From an uncultured virus (IMG/VR IMGVR_UViG_3300044640_001367) (lineage: Duplodnaviria; Heunggongvirae; Uroviricota; Caudoviricetes), in IMG/VR virus record IMGVR_UViG_3300044640_001367, positions 51,998 to 71,997 of that record: 20,000 bases of DNA; one strand, given 5' to 3'. Shown piece after piece: positions 8,774 to 17,300 of this stretch (position 1 is its first letter; each line of letters starts with the position of its first letter). Under the pieces are notes generated by a model. The model saw only the letters and a program-made list of their open reading frames with translations, did no database searches and was not told where the DNA came from. The position numbers were made by a program, and so were the translations under genes.

Positions 8774-9739
8774 TCACTTCGTCCACTTTTGTTCTTTCAA
8801 GATATCATCAATCAAATCTTTTTCAGAGTTGTCCATTTCTTTGTCAAATCTCTTTAACACTTCGGTCAATGGATATACTCTGTCAGGAGATTCTTTTTGC
8901 TTTTCTTTGAGTTCTTGAATTACATCAACTATCTTAGTAAGTGGGGACTTATATTCATCAACTTTGTCTTTTGAAGCAAAGTTAGATATTTCAAATGCAT
9001 GTGGAGTTAATACTTTTACCAAACTTAATAGTCCGGATCCGATCATATTGAATATACTAAATACTGCACCAGCTGCTGGATGTACTGTTGCTAATATTCT
9101 AAGTATAACGAATACTACAACAAATATGATAATTGCGGTTAAAGCACTAATAAAGAACTTTTTTAAACCCCAAAATACAGCATTTAATCCAAACATACCA
9201 CTCATTGTATCAAGTGTAGCCTTGCTTTGATCTGCTTCTTTTGCAATTTCTTTTGCTTTATCAGTCATTTGCCAAAGTTCATCATCATACTTTTCTTTTA
9301 AAGCAGACTTTTCTTTTTGTAATTTGTTTATGATTTCGTCCCGTTGTGATAATAATTGATCACCTTTTTTTCGTTCTTCAGCTACTTGAGAATTAAGCAG
9401 ATCAACTGTAGCTTTAATTCTTTTAATTTCATCTATGTGTGGAGAACCAACGATAGAAATTACTCGTTCATTCAAAGATTTAGCTGTTTCTACTTGTATA
9501 GGCGCATTAGTTACTTGACTTAACGAATGTTGAATACCAATTGATAAAGAAGAAGTTTGTACTATTTTACCTTTTTCTACTTTTTCCAATTCTACCATTG
9601 TATTGTCTACTTTGGCTTCTTGTTTTGCAACGGCATCTTGTGCCACACTAACTTGCTTTGCTGATTTAACCTCTGATGAAATACATCCAGTTAATATCAA
9701 AATTACAATAGTATAAAACAGTTGCTTTTTAAAGTTCAT
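8774..9739 (-). CDS. Lipoprotein with coiled coil and C-terminal transmembrane segment(s); candidate unimolecular spanin
   Basis: Signal MNFKKQLFYTIVILILTG-C (lipobox), about 160 aa of helical/coiled-coil sequence, hydrophobic FFISALTAIIIFVVVFVILRIL, and a charged C-terminal domain. Confidence 0.7.
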   Translation of the reverse strand: MNFKKQLFYTIVILILTGCISSEVKSAKQVSVAQDAVAKQEAKVDNTMVELEKVEKGKIVQTSSLSIGIQHSLSQVTNAPIQVETAKSLNERVISIVGSPHIDEIKRIKATVDLLNSQVAEERKKGDQLLSQRDEIINKLQKEKSALKEKYDDELWQMTDKAKEIAKEADQSKATLDTMSGMFGLNAVFWGLKKFFISALTAIIIFVVVFVILRILATVHPAAGAVFSIFNMIGSGLLSLVKVLTPHAFEISNFASKDKVDEYKSPLTKIVDVIQELKEKQKESPDRVYPLTEVLKRFDKEMDNSEKDLIDDILKEQKWTK

Positions 9740-9744
9740 ATAAT

Positions 9745-9752
9745 ATAAATAT
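9745..9752 (-). promoter_or_regulatory. ATATTTAT motif, candidate late promoter element
   Basis: 5 nt upstream of the minus-strand ATG at 9739. Confidence 0.6.
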
Positions 9753-9772
9753 TACTTTTTATAATAAAACTG

Positions 9773-9780
9773 ATATTTAT
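9773..9780 (+). promoter_or_regulatory. ATATTTAT motif, candidate late promoter element
   Basis: Divergent partner of the 9745-9752 copy, upstream of the Gp88-like gene. Confidence 0.5.
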
Positions 9781-9849
9781 ACTCAAAGAAAAGTATAACC
9801 GTGTAATAAAAGGTAACGGCAGTTGAAAAGTAAGAATAACAAAACACAT

Positions 9850-11079
9850 ATGAAATTAATCGATTTGCTAACCGAAGTTAAAATGTATGAAAGTCTAGGA
9901 TTACCAGCATCGGCTGTACAGTCATTAGATTCATTTGTTGCACAAGAATTAGACGAAGCTGATATGTTAGGCGCTGGCACCACAGAATTGCCATCCGATG
10001 AATTACAAGGATATTTAGACAGATCGGCCGGTCAACCTGCAGTTTATAAGAAAACTGGATTGCCTAAATTGGATAAAAAAGGTAAACAAAAGTATACTAC
10101 TACAAAAGATCCAACTGATAAATTCAAGTATCCATATGTACATCCAAAGCTTGCCAGAGAGATACAAATTGTAGATCCAAGTGGCCGTAGGTTTGATTTA
10201 AACAAACTAAAAACCCATATCACCACACGTCCTGATAAGATTTTAAAACAAAATGAAAAAATTTCACACAGTGGCGGTGAAAGTACTCAGTTTTATAATA
10301 TAGGATTGCCAGCTTTACAAGGACTTGGTTATGACGAAAAGAATCAAAAATTTGTTATCATAAATACGTGTCCAGGCGCAGGTGCATGCAAAGTTTATTG
10401 TTATGCTAAAAAAGGCGGTTATGTACAATATGTACCAGTTAACACATCGCAAACAAGACAACTTAACTTTTTGTTGAACGATCCGGATGGTTATAAAAAT
10501 ATGTTATCAAACGAAATTCGTGCAGCAGTTGAAAAAAATTCAAAGAAAAATGTAAAAACTGTGATTAGATGGCATGATTCAGGCGATTTCTTTAGTCCTG
10601 ATTATGTAAACCTAGCATATAGTGTTGCAAAAACATTTCCCAACGTAGACTTTTATGCTTATACTAAAATGGCAGATGTGGCTAAAGGTGATAAACCAGT
10701 CAATTTCAAGATGAATTTTAGTGCGGGTGCAAAACCTGATCAAGAAAAACAAGTCGATTTTAAAACAACTAAACATTCAACTGTAGTACCAAAGCAAATG
10801 TTTGCTGATTTAGTTGATAGAGAAGAAGTACCAGATCCAGATAAGCCAAATAAAACAATTAAAAAGTTGGTTTATAAATCCCCATCCGCTATTGATATTT
10901 TAAAGAAAAAGTTAGCATTAAAGTATAATGTTTCTGAAGACAGTGTCATTACCTACGATGAAATGATGAAAATTCCTGTGGGAGATAAACCAAAGTGGAA
11001 TGTTATAGTTAAACCAGGTGACGGCGACGATAGTGCAAATAGAGCAGATGTAGTGGGTACTTGGTTATTAATCCACTAA
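9850..11079 (+). CDS. Gp88-like protein (Cys-cluster, radical-SAM-like) with N-terminal extension
   Basis: TCPGAGACKVYCYAKKG (CX5CX3C), IRWHDSGDFFS and FYAYTK resemble the phage GP88 family. ATG 9850 (MKLIDLLTE), after A-rich AAAACACAT, is preferred over TTG 9823. Confidence 0.75.
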   Translation: MKLIDLLTEVKMYESLGLPASAVQSLDSFVAQELDEADMLGAGTTELPSDELQGYLDRSAGQPAVYKKTGLPKLDKKGKQKYTTTKDPTDKFKYPYVHPKLAREIQIVDPSGRRFDLNKLKTHITTRPDKILKQNEKISHSGGESTQFYNIGLPALQGLGYDEKNQKFVIINTCPGAGACKVYCYAKKGGYVQYVPVNTSQTRQLNFLLNDPDGYKNMLSNEIRAAVEKNSKKNVKTVIRWHDSGDFFSPDYVNLAYSVAKTFPNVDFYAYTKMADVAKGDKPVNFKMNFSAGAKPDQEKQVDFKTTKHSTVVPKQMFADLVDREEVPDPDKPNKTIKKLVYKSPSAIDILKKKLALKYNVSEDSVITYDEMMKIPVGDKPKWNVIVKPGDGDDSANRADVVGTWLLIH

Positions 11080-11105
11080 TTTAGTTGTATTATCTCACTC
11101 CAGAG

Positions 11106-11113
11106 ATATTTAT
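11106..11113 (+). promoter_or_regulatory. ATATTTAT motif, candidate late promoter element
   Basis: 5 nt before ATG 11119. Confidence 0.6.
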
Positions 11114-11118
11114 AATCA

Positions 11119-12342
11119 ATGAGTGCTAATTTGGACCAAGATAGGGTAAGATGGCCCGGGAGTGGTAGTAGTGTTAATATAAACACTGTGCCATTTGGCT
11201 ATTATCTAAACGAAAGTTGCGTTGGAGCTGAAACCACATTTGCAAATGATTGTAGTAGCAGTGCGATGTGGGCAGCAAAACGGTTGGGGTATCCAATCGT
11301 TGATATTGAAATGATCGACGTTAATTTCTACGCATGTTTTGAAGAATCTGTACTAGAATATAACCGTGTAGTTAATGAATTTAATATTGTTAACAACATG
11401 GTTGATTTACAGGGATTGCCTCAAAATAAATATAAAAATTTAACGGGGATGGGCGTAAAGAGTACTGGTTTACCTTTTATAGTTCAACTGAGCAAACAAT
11501 ATGGAGCCGAAGCACTTGTTGGCGGTGAATATGAAGTTAAGCGTAACTATGTAACTATTAGTGGTAGTATCAACCCTGGCAAAACACATCAGGTTTATGA
11601 CTTGAATACCTTAATTGGTCGAGACATTGAACATTTAACTGGGTCACGAATTGAAGTAAAAAGAATATTTCATAATAGACCCCCAGCAATTGCTCGTATA
11701 TACGATCCATTTAGTATGACAGGAATGAGTTACAGTAACGTACTCGGTGAAATGGGATTTGGGGCTTATAGTCCTGCTACACAATTCTTGATGACTCCTA
11801 TTTTTGAAGATTTGGAACGTGTACAGGCCATTGAATTCAATGATATGGTTCGTAAAAGCGCTTATAGTTTTGAAATTTTAGGTAATAACAAGTTGAGAAT
11901 ATTTCCAATACCATCTGAAAATTTCAAGGTATATATAGATTACATCGTTGAAAGTGAACGTGATATTACCAACTTTTATAGTGGATCTCGTTATGAATAT
12001 ATTAGTGACCCCAGTGATATTCCATACGAATACTGCACATATTGTAAAATTAATCAGCCTGGTAAACAGTGGATTAAAAAATATTTCTTAGCGTTGTGTA
12101 AGGAAACATTGGGTCGGATTCTTCAAAAATATAGTACAGTACCAATTCCTGGTGGAGAAGTAACTCTTGATGGCGCTGAATTACGATCCGAAGCCAAAGA
12201 AGAAAAAGATTCATTGCTTGAAAAACTAAGAGATATGTTGGAAAAGACACTTCGTGTTAATCAATTAGAAAATAAAGGAAAAGAAAGTGAAGAAATGAAT
12301 AAGATGTTGTCCCGTGTACCTTTACATATTTATATAGGATAA
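11119..12342 (+). CDS. gp13: Neck protein / head-tail adaptor, T4 gp13-like
   Basis: AKRLGYPIVDIE near the N-terminus and WIKKYFLALCKETLGRILQKY...IPGGEVTLDGAELRSEAKEEKDSLLEKL at the C-terminus resemble T4 gp13. Confidence 0.85.
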   Translation: MSANLDQDRVRWPGSGSSVNINTVPFGYYLNESCVGAETTFANDCSSSAMWAAKRLGYPIVDIEMIDVNFYACFEESVLEYNRVVNEFNIVNNMVDLQGLPQNKYKNLTGMGVKSTGLPFIVQLSKQYGAEALVGGEYEVKRNYVTISGSINPGKTHQVYDLNTLIGRDIEHLTGSRIEVKRIFHNRPPAIARIYDPFSMTGMSYSNVLGEMGFGAYSPATQFLMTPIFEDLERVQAIEFNDMVRKSAYSFEILGNNKLRIFPIPSENFKVYIDYIVESERDITNFYSGSRYEYISDPSDIPYEYCTYCKINQPGKQWIKKYFLALCKETLGRILQKYSTVPIPGGEVTLDGAELRSEAKEEKDSLLEKLRDMLEKTLRVNQLENKGKESEEMNKMLSRVPLHIYIG

Positions 12343-12347
12343 AACAT

Positions 12348-12917
12348 ATGGCTGCACCTGTATCTCCACAGTATCCAAAAACGGATCCAAAATTTAAAGA
12401 ATATTGGACATCAACTCGCACAGATGTTGGTATTTATAATAACAACTATTCACCTGGTAGATATTTTTCTTCAAGAGACTTAAACTTCTTGAACAGCGTT
12501 AGTTCTGAATTAATAGGTGATATAATTGAATGTGTTGTTCAAGTATTTAAGATTGCTGCTTATGAAACCAATACCAATATTTATGGTGAAAGTAGCAGTG
12601 ACAAAGGAAAGGTGTTCTATTCGGGTATTGATTTGAGTTGTCTTGTTCAACGTGAAGATATTAATACTGAAAATCAAGGTTATGGACCTGATAGAAAACA
12701 AGACATTGTTTATAGATTCAGAGAACGTGATTGTATTACCACCAACTATTTTCCAGAAATTGGCGATTTGGTTTTGTACAATCAACGTTATTACGAAATT
12801 GATAATGTTATCCAAGAACAATTTGCGGGTGGTCATCCAGACAAGTCTTTGAGTTTAATTGTTAATACTCATTACACAAGACTAAGCAAACTTAACCTCG
12901 TAGAAAGACAAACATAA
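12348..12917 (+). CDS. gp14: Neck / head-closure protein, T4 gp14-like
   Basis: NIYGES..K.F and FPEIGDLV motifs; position between gp13-like and gp15-like genes. Confidence 0.7.
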   Translation: MAAPVSPQYPKTDPKFKEYWTSTRTDVGIYNNNYSPGRYFSSRDLNFLNSVSSELIGDIIECVVQVFKIAAYETNTNIYGESSSDKGKVFYSGIDLSCLVQREDINTENQGYGPDRKQDIVYRFRERDCITTNYFPEIGDLVLYNQRYYEIDNVIQEQFAGGHPDKSLSLIVNTHYTRLSKLNLVERQT

Positions 12918-12920
12918 TTT

Positions 12921-14309
12921 ATGGCATGGGGTCCAAATACTAATGTAAATCCACCGCCAAATCCGATTGAAAACGCATCAGCTCAATCAGATAGTAAAAA
13001 GCTTTATAATAGAGCCAATGCAACTCGCCGTGATACTGATAAACAGAAAAATTTCACGGTTACTTTATTAGATATTGATACAGCTATTATTAATACTTTG
13101 AATGATACACTCAGACTTCAAGTTAATGATAATGGTGAAGTTGTAAAAGTACCAGTTATATATGGCAATCCTGAAAGATGGTTTGCTATGAAAAAGTTTG
13201 GTCATATTAGAGATAATCAAGGCAAAATATTGTTGCCAGCCATAATGTTTCGTAGAAAAAGTGTTGAAAATAACAAAGAACTTGCCACGTTTAATCGTTA
13301 TCTAAACTACGAAACTATAATGAATTATAGTGAAAAAAACAAGTATGATCGTTTTGATCTAATGAATAAAGGTGTTTTTACTAGCAAACCAACCAAACAA
13401 ATTTATAGCGTAAGTTTACCAGTTCACGTAAATATAACATACGAATGCATCATTTGGACTGATTATGTAGATCAAAATAATAAGTTACTGGAACAAATAA
13501 ACTACGCAGCTAAAGACTACTGGGGTGACGCTGAGAGATTTAAATTTAGAGCTAGGATAGACAGTTATAGCATCGAACAAGAAGTTAACGACGGCGAAGA
13601 TCGTAATATCAAAACAACGTTCGATATAAATGTCAACGCTTACTTGTTAAATGAAAATTATATAACAAATTTAAACGGGGTAAAAAATACTACCCAAAAG
13701 CTATTTACCGTAAGAAAAGTAATGATGCAAGAAAATGCTGTTGCTAGTGCGAGTGAAATGGGCACAATTACAACTAATATTATTAAAAACAATAGCAATC
13801 TAAAAGACAGTCCATTGGATTATACCGATGTAACTGGTCAAGGTACAATGGCATTAAAGCCAAATGAAGTAACCAATTTAGATGGTTATAACAAAATACC
13901 GTCAAATTATCAAAATATAGTAAATACGCCATTTCACCCAGCACCTAAATCTATTACTGATTATGGTGAAAATGGATGGTTAGCATATGACAGTAAGTAT
14001 ATTTACGTATATCAATATCCATCTGGGTGGTTAAAAAGAGAAATTGCTACATTTGACTATGATTATAGTAGTCAAACATATATAAGTGGATATGACTGTA
14101 ATGGTAATCCTGTATACACTACAGCTAATAAAAGACCTATAAATACAGCTTTCAGAATATTTCAAAGATTTCCTGATAAATTCTATCATCAAGTGCCATA
14201 TCAGTCATCTGATTATGGAGAAGATGGATGGGTAAGTTATGATGGTAATTATTTTTATATTTATAGCACATCACAATGGAGACGAATACCAATTACTCTA
14301 TTTAATTAA
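12921..14309 (+). CDS. gp15: Tail terminator / sheath stabilizer, T4 gp15-like, with C-terminal duplicated module
   Basis: VKVPVIYGNPERW, ILLPAIMF and PVHVNITYECIIWTDYVDQNNKLLEQI resemble gp15. It carries about 190 aa of extra C-terminus. Confidence 0.75.
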   Translation: MAWGPNTNVNPPPNPIENASAQSDSKKLYNRANATRRDTDKQKNFTVTLLDIDTAIINTLNDTLRLQVNDNGEVVKVPVIYGNPERWFAMKKFGHIRDNQGKILLPAIMFRRKSVENNKELATFNRYLNYETIMNYSEKNKYDRFDLMNKGVFTSKPTKQIYSVSLPVHVNITYECIIWTDYVDQNNKLLEQINYAAKDYWGDAERFKFRARIDSYSIEQEVNDGEDRNIKTTFDINVNAYLLNENYITNLNGVKNTTQKLFTVRKVMMQENAVASASEMGTITTNIIKNNSNLKDSPLDYTDVTGQGTMALKPNEVTNLDGYNKIPSNYQNIVNTPFHPAPKSITDYGENGWLAYDSKYIYVYQYPSGWLKREIATFDYDYSSQTYISGYDCNGNPVYTTANKRPINTAFRIFQRFPDKFYHQVPYQSSDYGEDGWVSYDGNYFYIYSTSQWRRIPITLFN

Positions 14310-14367
14310 TAATAATTAGTATTTCAATTTTTATACATTTTGTTGGTATTGCTTAATGGTTTTCTTT

Positions 14368-14375
14368 ATATTTAT
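14368..14375 (+). promoter_or_regulatory. ATATTTAT motif, candidate late promoter element
   Basis: 5 nt before ATG 14381. Confidence 0.6.
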
Positions 14376-14380
14376 TAAAA

Positions 14381-17300
14381 ATGTCAACATTGAAGAAAGA
14401 TCCATGTGAAGTTTCTCCATTAAAATTGGACAATGCTTTGTATGACTACAAAAAATTAACAGCGACTTTTAAAGATCCTACTACACCACTGTTTCTTAAA
14501 ATAATCGAAGAATTACGTGTTATTATTAATTGTAATGCCAATTTACAAAAAAATACACAGTCTATACAAGAATTTCCATGTGATTCAAAAACAGATACAT
14601 GGGTATATAATCATAATTTAAATTCGGAATTTGTATTGTTCATTGTATATGATCAAGATTTAAATCAAATAATACCTGAAAGCATAACTTTAAACAATAA
14701 AAACACAGCCACAATAAAATTCTCATTTCCTGCATGTGGTTATGTTTTTGCTATAGGTAGTAATGTAAGTACAAGTGGTATATCTGGCACAGGCACAAGT
14801 GGTAGTAGCGGTCAAAGTGGATCTAACGGAACAAGCGGAACAAGCGGAACAAGCGGTACTAGCGGAACTAGTGGCGAAAGCGCATTAAGTGGTACTAGTG
14901 CTACTAGTGGTAGTAGTGGTGAAAAAGGTTCATCTGGATCAAGTGGTACTAGCGGAACGAGTGGATTTAGCGGAACGAGCGGAACTAACGGAACTAACGG
15001 AACAAGTGGTACAAATGGAACTAGTGGATCTAGTGGTACAAGTGGATCCAGTGGTACAAGTGGAAGTAGTGGTAGTAGTGGATCTAGCGGATCTAGTGGT
15101 ACAAGTGGTACAAGTGGTACAAGTGGCGAAAGTGGAACTAGTGGTACAAGCGGATCTAGTGGTACTAGCGGATCAAGTGGAACCAGTGGATCTAGTGGAT
15201 CTAGTGGATCTAGTGGTACAAGCGGATCTAGTGGAACCAGTGGAACTAGTGGAAGTAGTGGAAGTAGTGGAACCAGTGGAACTAGTGGAAGTAGTGGAAC
15301 CAGTGGAACCAGTGGAACTAGTGGAAGTAGTGGATCAAGTGGAACCAGCGGAAGTAGTGGATCTAGTGGATCTAGTGGTACAAGTGGAACAAGTGGAAGT
15401 AGTGGTGAAAGTGGTACCAGCGGAAGTAGTGGATCCAGTGGATCTAGTGGTAGTAGTGGATCTAGTGGATCTAGCGGAACTAGTGGTACAAGTGGATCTA
15501 GCGAATCAAGTGGATCTAGTGGATCAAGTGGTACTAACGGAAGTAGTGGATCTAGCGGTACTAGTGGTGAAAGTGGTACTAGTGGTGAAAGTGGATCTAG
15601 TGGCGAAAGTGGATCTAGTGGTGAAAGTGGTACTAGTGGTGAAAGTGGTACTAGTGGTGAAAGTGGTACTAGTGGTACCAGCGGATCTAGCGGAACTAGT
15701 GGATCAAGTGGAACCAGTGGATCTAGTGGTACAAGTGGTACAAGTGGATCCAGTGGAACCAGCGGATCAAGTGGATCCAGTGGAACTAGCGGATCAAGTG
15801 GATCCAGTGGAACTAGCGGATCAAGTGGATCAAGTGGTACAAGTGGATCAAGTGGTACAAGTGGATCAAGTGGTACAAGTGGATCAAGTGGTACAAGTGG
15901 TACAAGTGGTACAAGTGGTGAAAGTGGTACAAGTGGATCAAGTGGATCAAGTGGTACAAGTGGTACAAGTGGTACAAGTGGTACAAGTGGATCAAGTGGA
16001 TCAAGTGGATCTAGCGGATCAAGTGGTACAAGTGGATCTAGCGGATCAAGTGGTACAAGTGGTTTAAGTGGAAGTAGTGGTACAAGCGGATCTAGTGGTA
16101 CAAGCGGATCTAGTGGTACAAGCGGATCTAGTGGTACAAGCGGATCTAGTGGTACAAGCGGATCTAGTGATACAAGCGGATCTAGTGGTACAAGCGGAAC
16201 AAGTGGATCTAGCGGAACTAGTGGTACAAGTGGTACAAGTGGTACAAGTGGATCTAGCGGAACTAGTGGTACAAGTGGTACAAGTGGATCTAGCGGAAGT
16301 AGTGGATCTAGCGGATCCAGTGGTACAAGTGGATCTAGCGGATCAAGTGGTACTAATGGAAGTAGTGGATCTAGCGGTACAAGTGGTACAACTGGATCAA
16401 GTGGATCAAGTGGTACAACTGGATCCAGCGGATCTAGTGGTTTAAGTGGGTCTAGCGGAACCAGCGGATTAAGTGGTGAAAGTGGATCTAGTGGTACAAG
16501 CGGATCCAGTGGTACAAGCGGATCTAGTGGTACAAGTGGATCTAGTGGCACAAGTGGTACAAGTGGATCTAGTGGAACTAGTGGAACTAGTGGATCTAGT
16601 GGATCTAGCGGATCTAGCGGATCTAATGGATCTAGTGGTACAAGTGGTACAAGTGGAAGTAGTGGTACAAGTGGAAGTAGTGGTACAAGTGGAAGTAGTG
16701 GTACAAGTGGATCTAGCGGAACTAGTGGTACAAGTGGATCAAGTGGTGAAAGTGGATCCAGTGGTACAAGTGGAACTAGTGGTACAAGTGGTACAAGCGG
16801 ATCTAGTGGAAGTAGTGGTACAAGCGGATCTAGTGGTACAAGCGGATCTAGTGGTACAAGTGGTACAAGCGGATCTAGTGGATCTAGTGGTACAAGTGGA
16901 TCTAGTGGATCTAGTGGTACAAGTGGTACAAGCGGATCTAGTGGATCTAGTGGTACAAGTGGATCTAGTGGTAGTAGTGGTACAAGTGGTACAAGTGGTT
17001 TAAGTGGATCTAGTGGAACTAGTGGTACAAATGGTACAAGTGGCGAAAGTGGATCTAGTGGTACAAGTGGATCCAATGGATCTAGTGGTACAAGCGGAAC
17101 TAGTGGATCTAGTGGTACAAGCGGATCTAGTGGTACAAACGGAACTAGTGGAAGTAGTGGTACAAGCGGAACTAGTGGATCTAATGGTACAAGTGGAACA
17201 AGTGGATCTAGTGGTACAAGCGGATCTAGTGGAACAAGTGGAACAAGTGGAACAAGTGGAACAAGTGGAACAAGTGGAACAAGTGGAAGTAGTGGTTTAA

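Noticed and set aside
6529..9739. Calling the cassette a canonical Pycsar or CBASS system
   Set aside because: No recognisable cNMP-binding, TIR or CD-NTase domain is present. Only the general cyclase-plus-membrane-protein layout is similar.
9823..9849. TTG start for the Gp88-like gene
   Set aside because: ATG 9850 has the A-rich upstream context seen at other genes and gives an N-terminus resembling that of ORF 869.
511..12852. Short overlapping ORFs (511..774, 2105..2326, 2405..2734, 2988..3235, 3624..4179, 4844..5056, 6410..7399, 8964..9230, 9783..10226, 12510..12852)
   Set aside because: They are antisense or alternative-frame overlaps of well-supported genes and show no recognisable motifs.
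1..14309. Stop-codon reassignment, introns or inteins in structural genes
   Set aside because: Genes are full length in the standard code, with TAA, TAG and TGA all used as stops. No splicing or homing-endonuclease motifs were seen.
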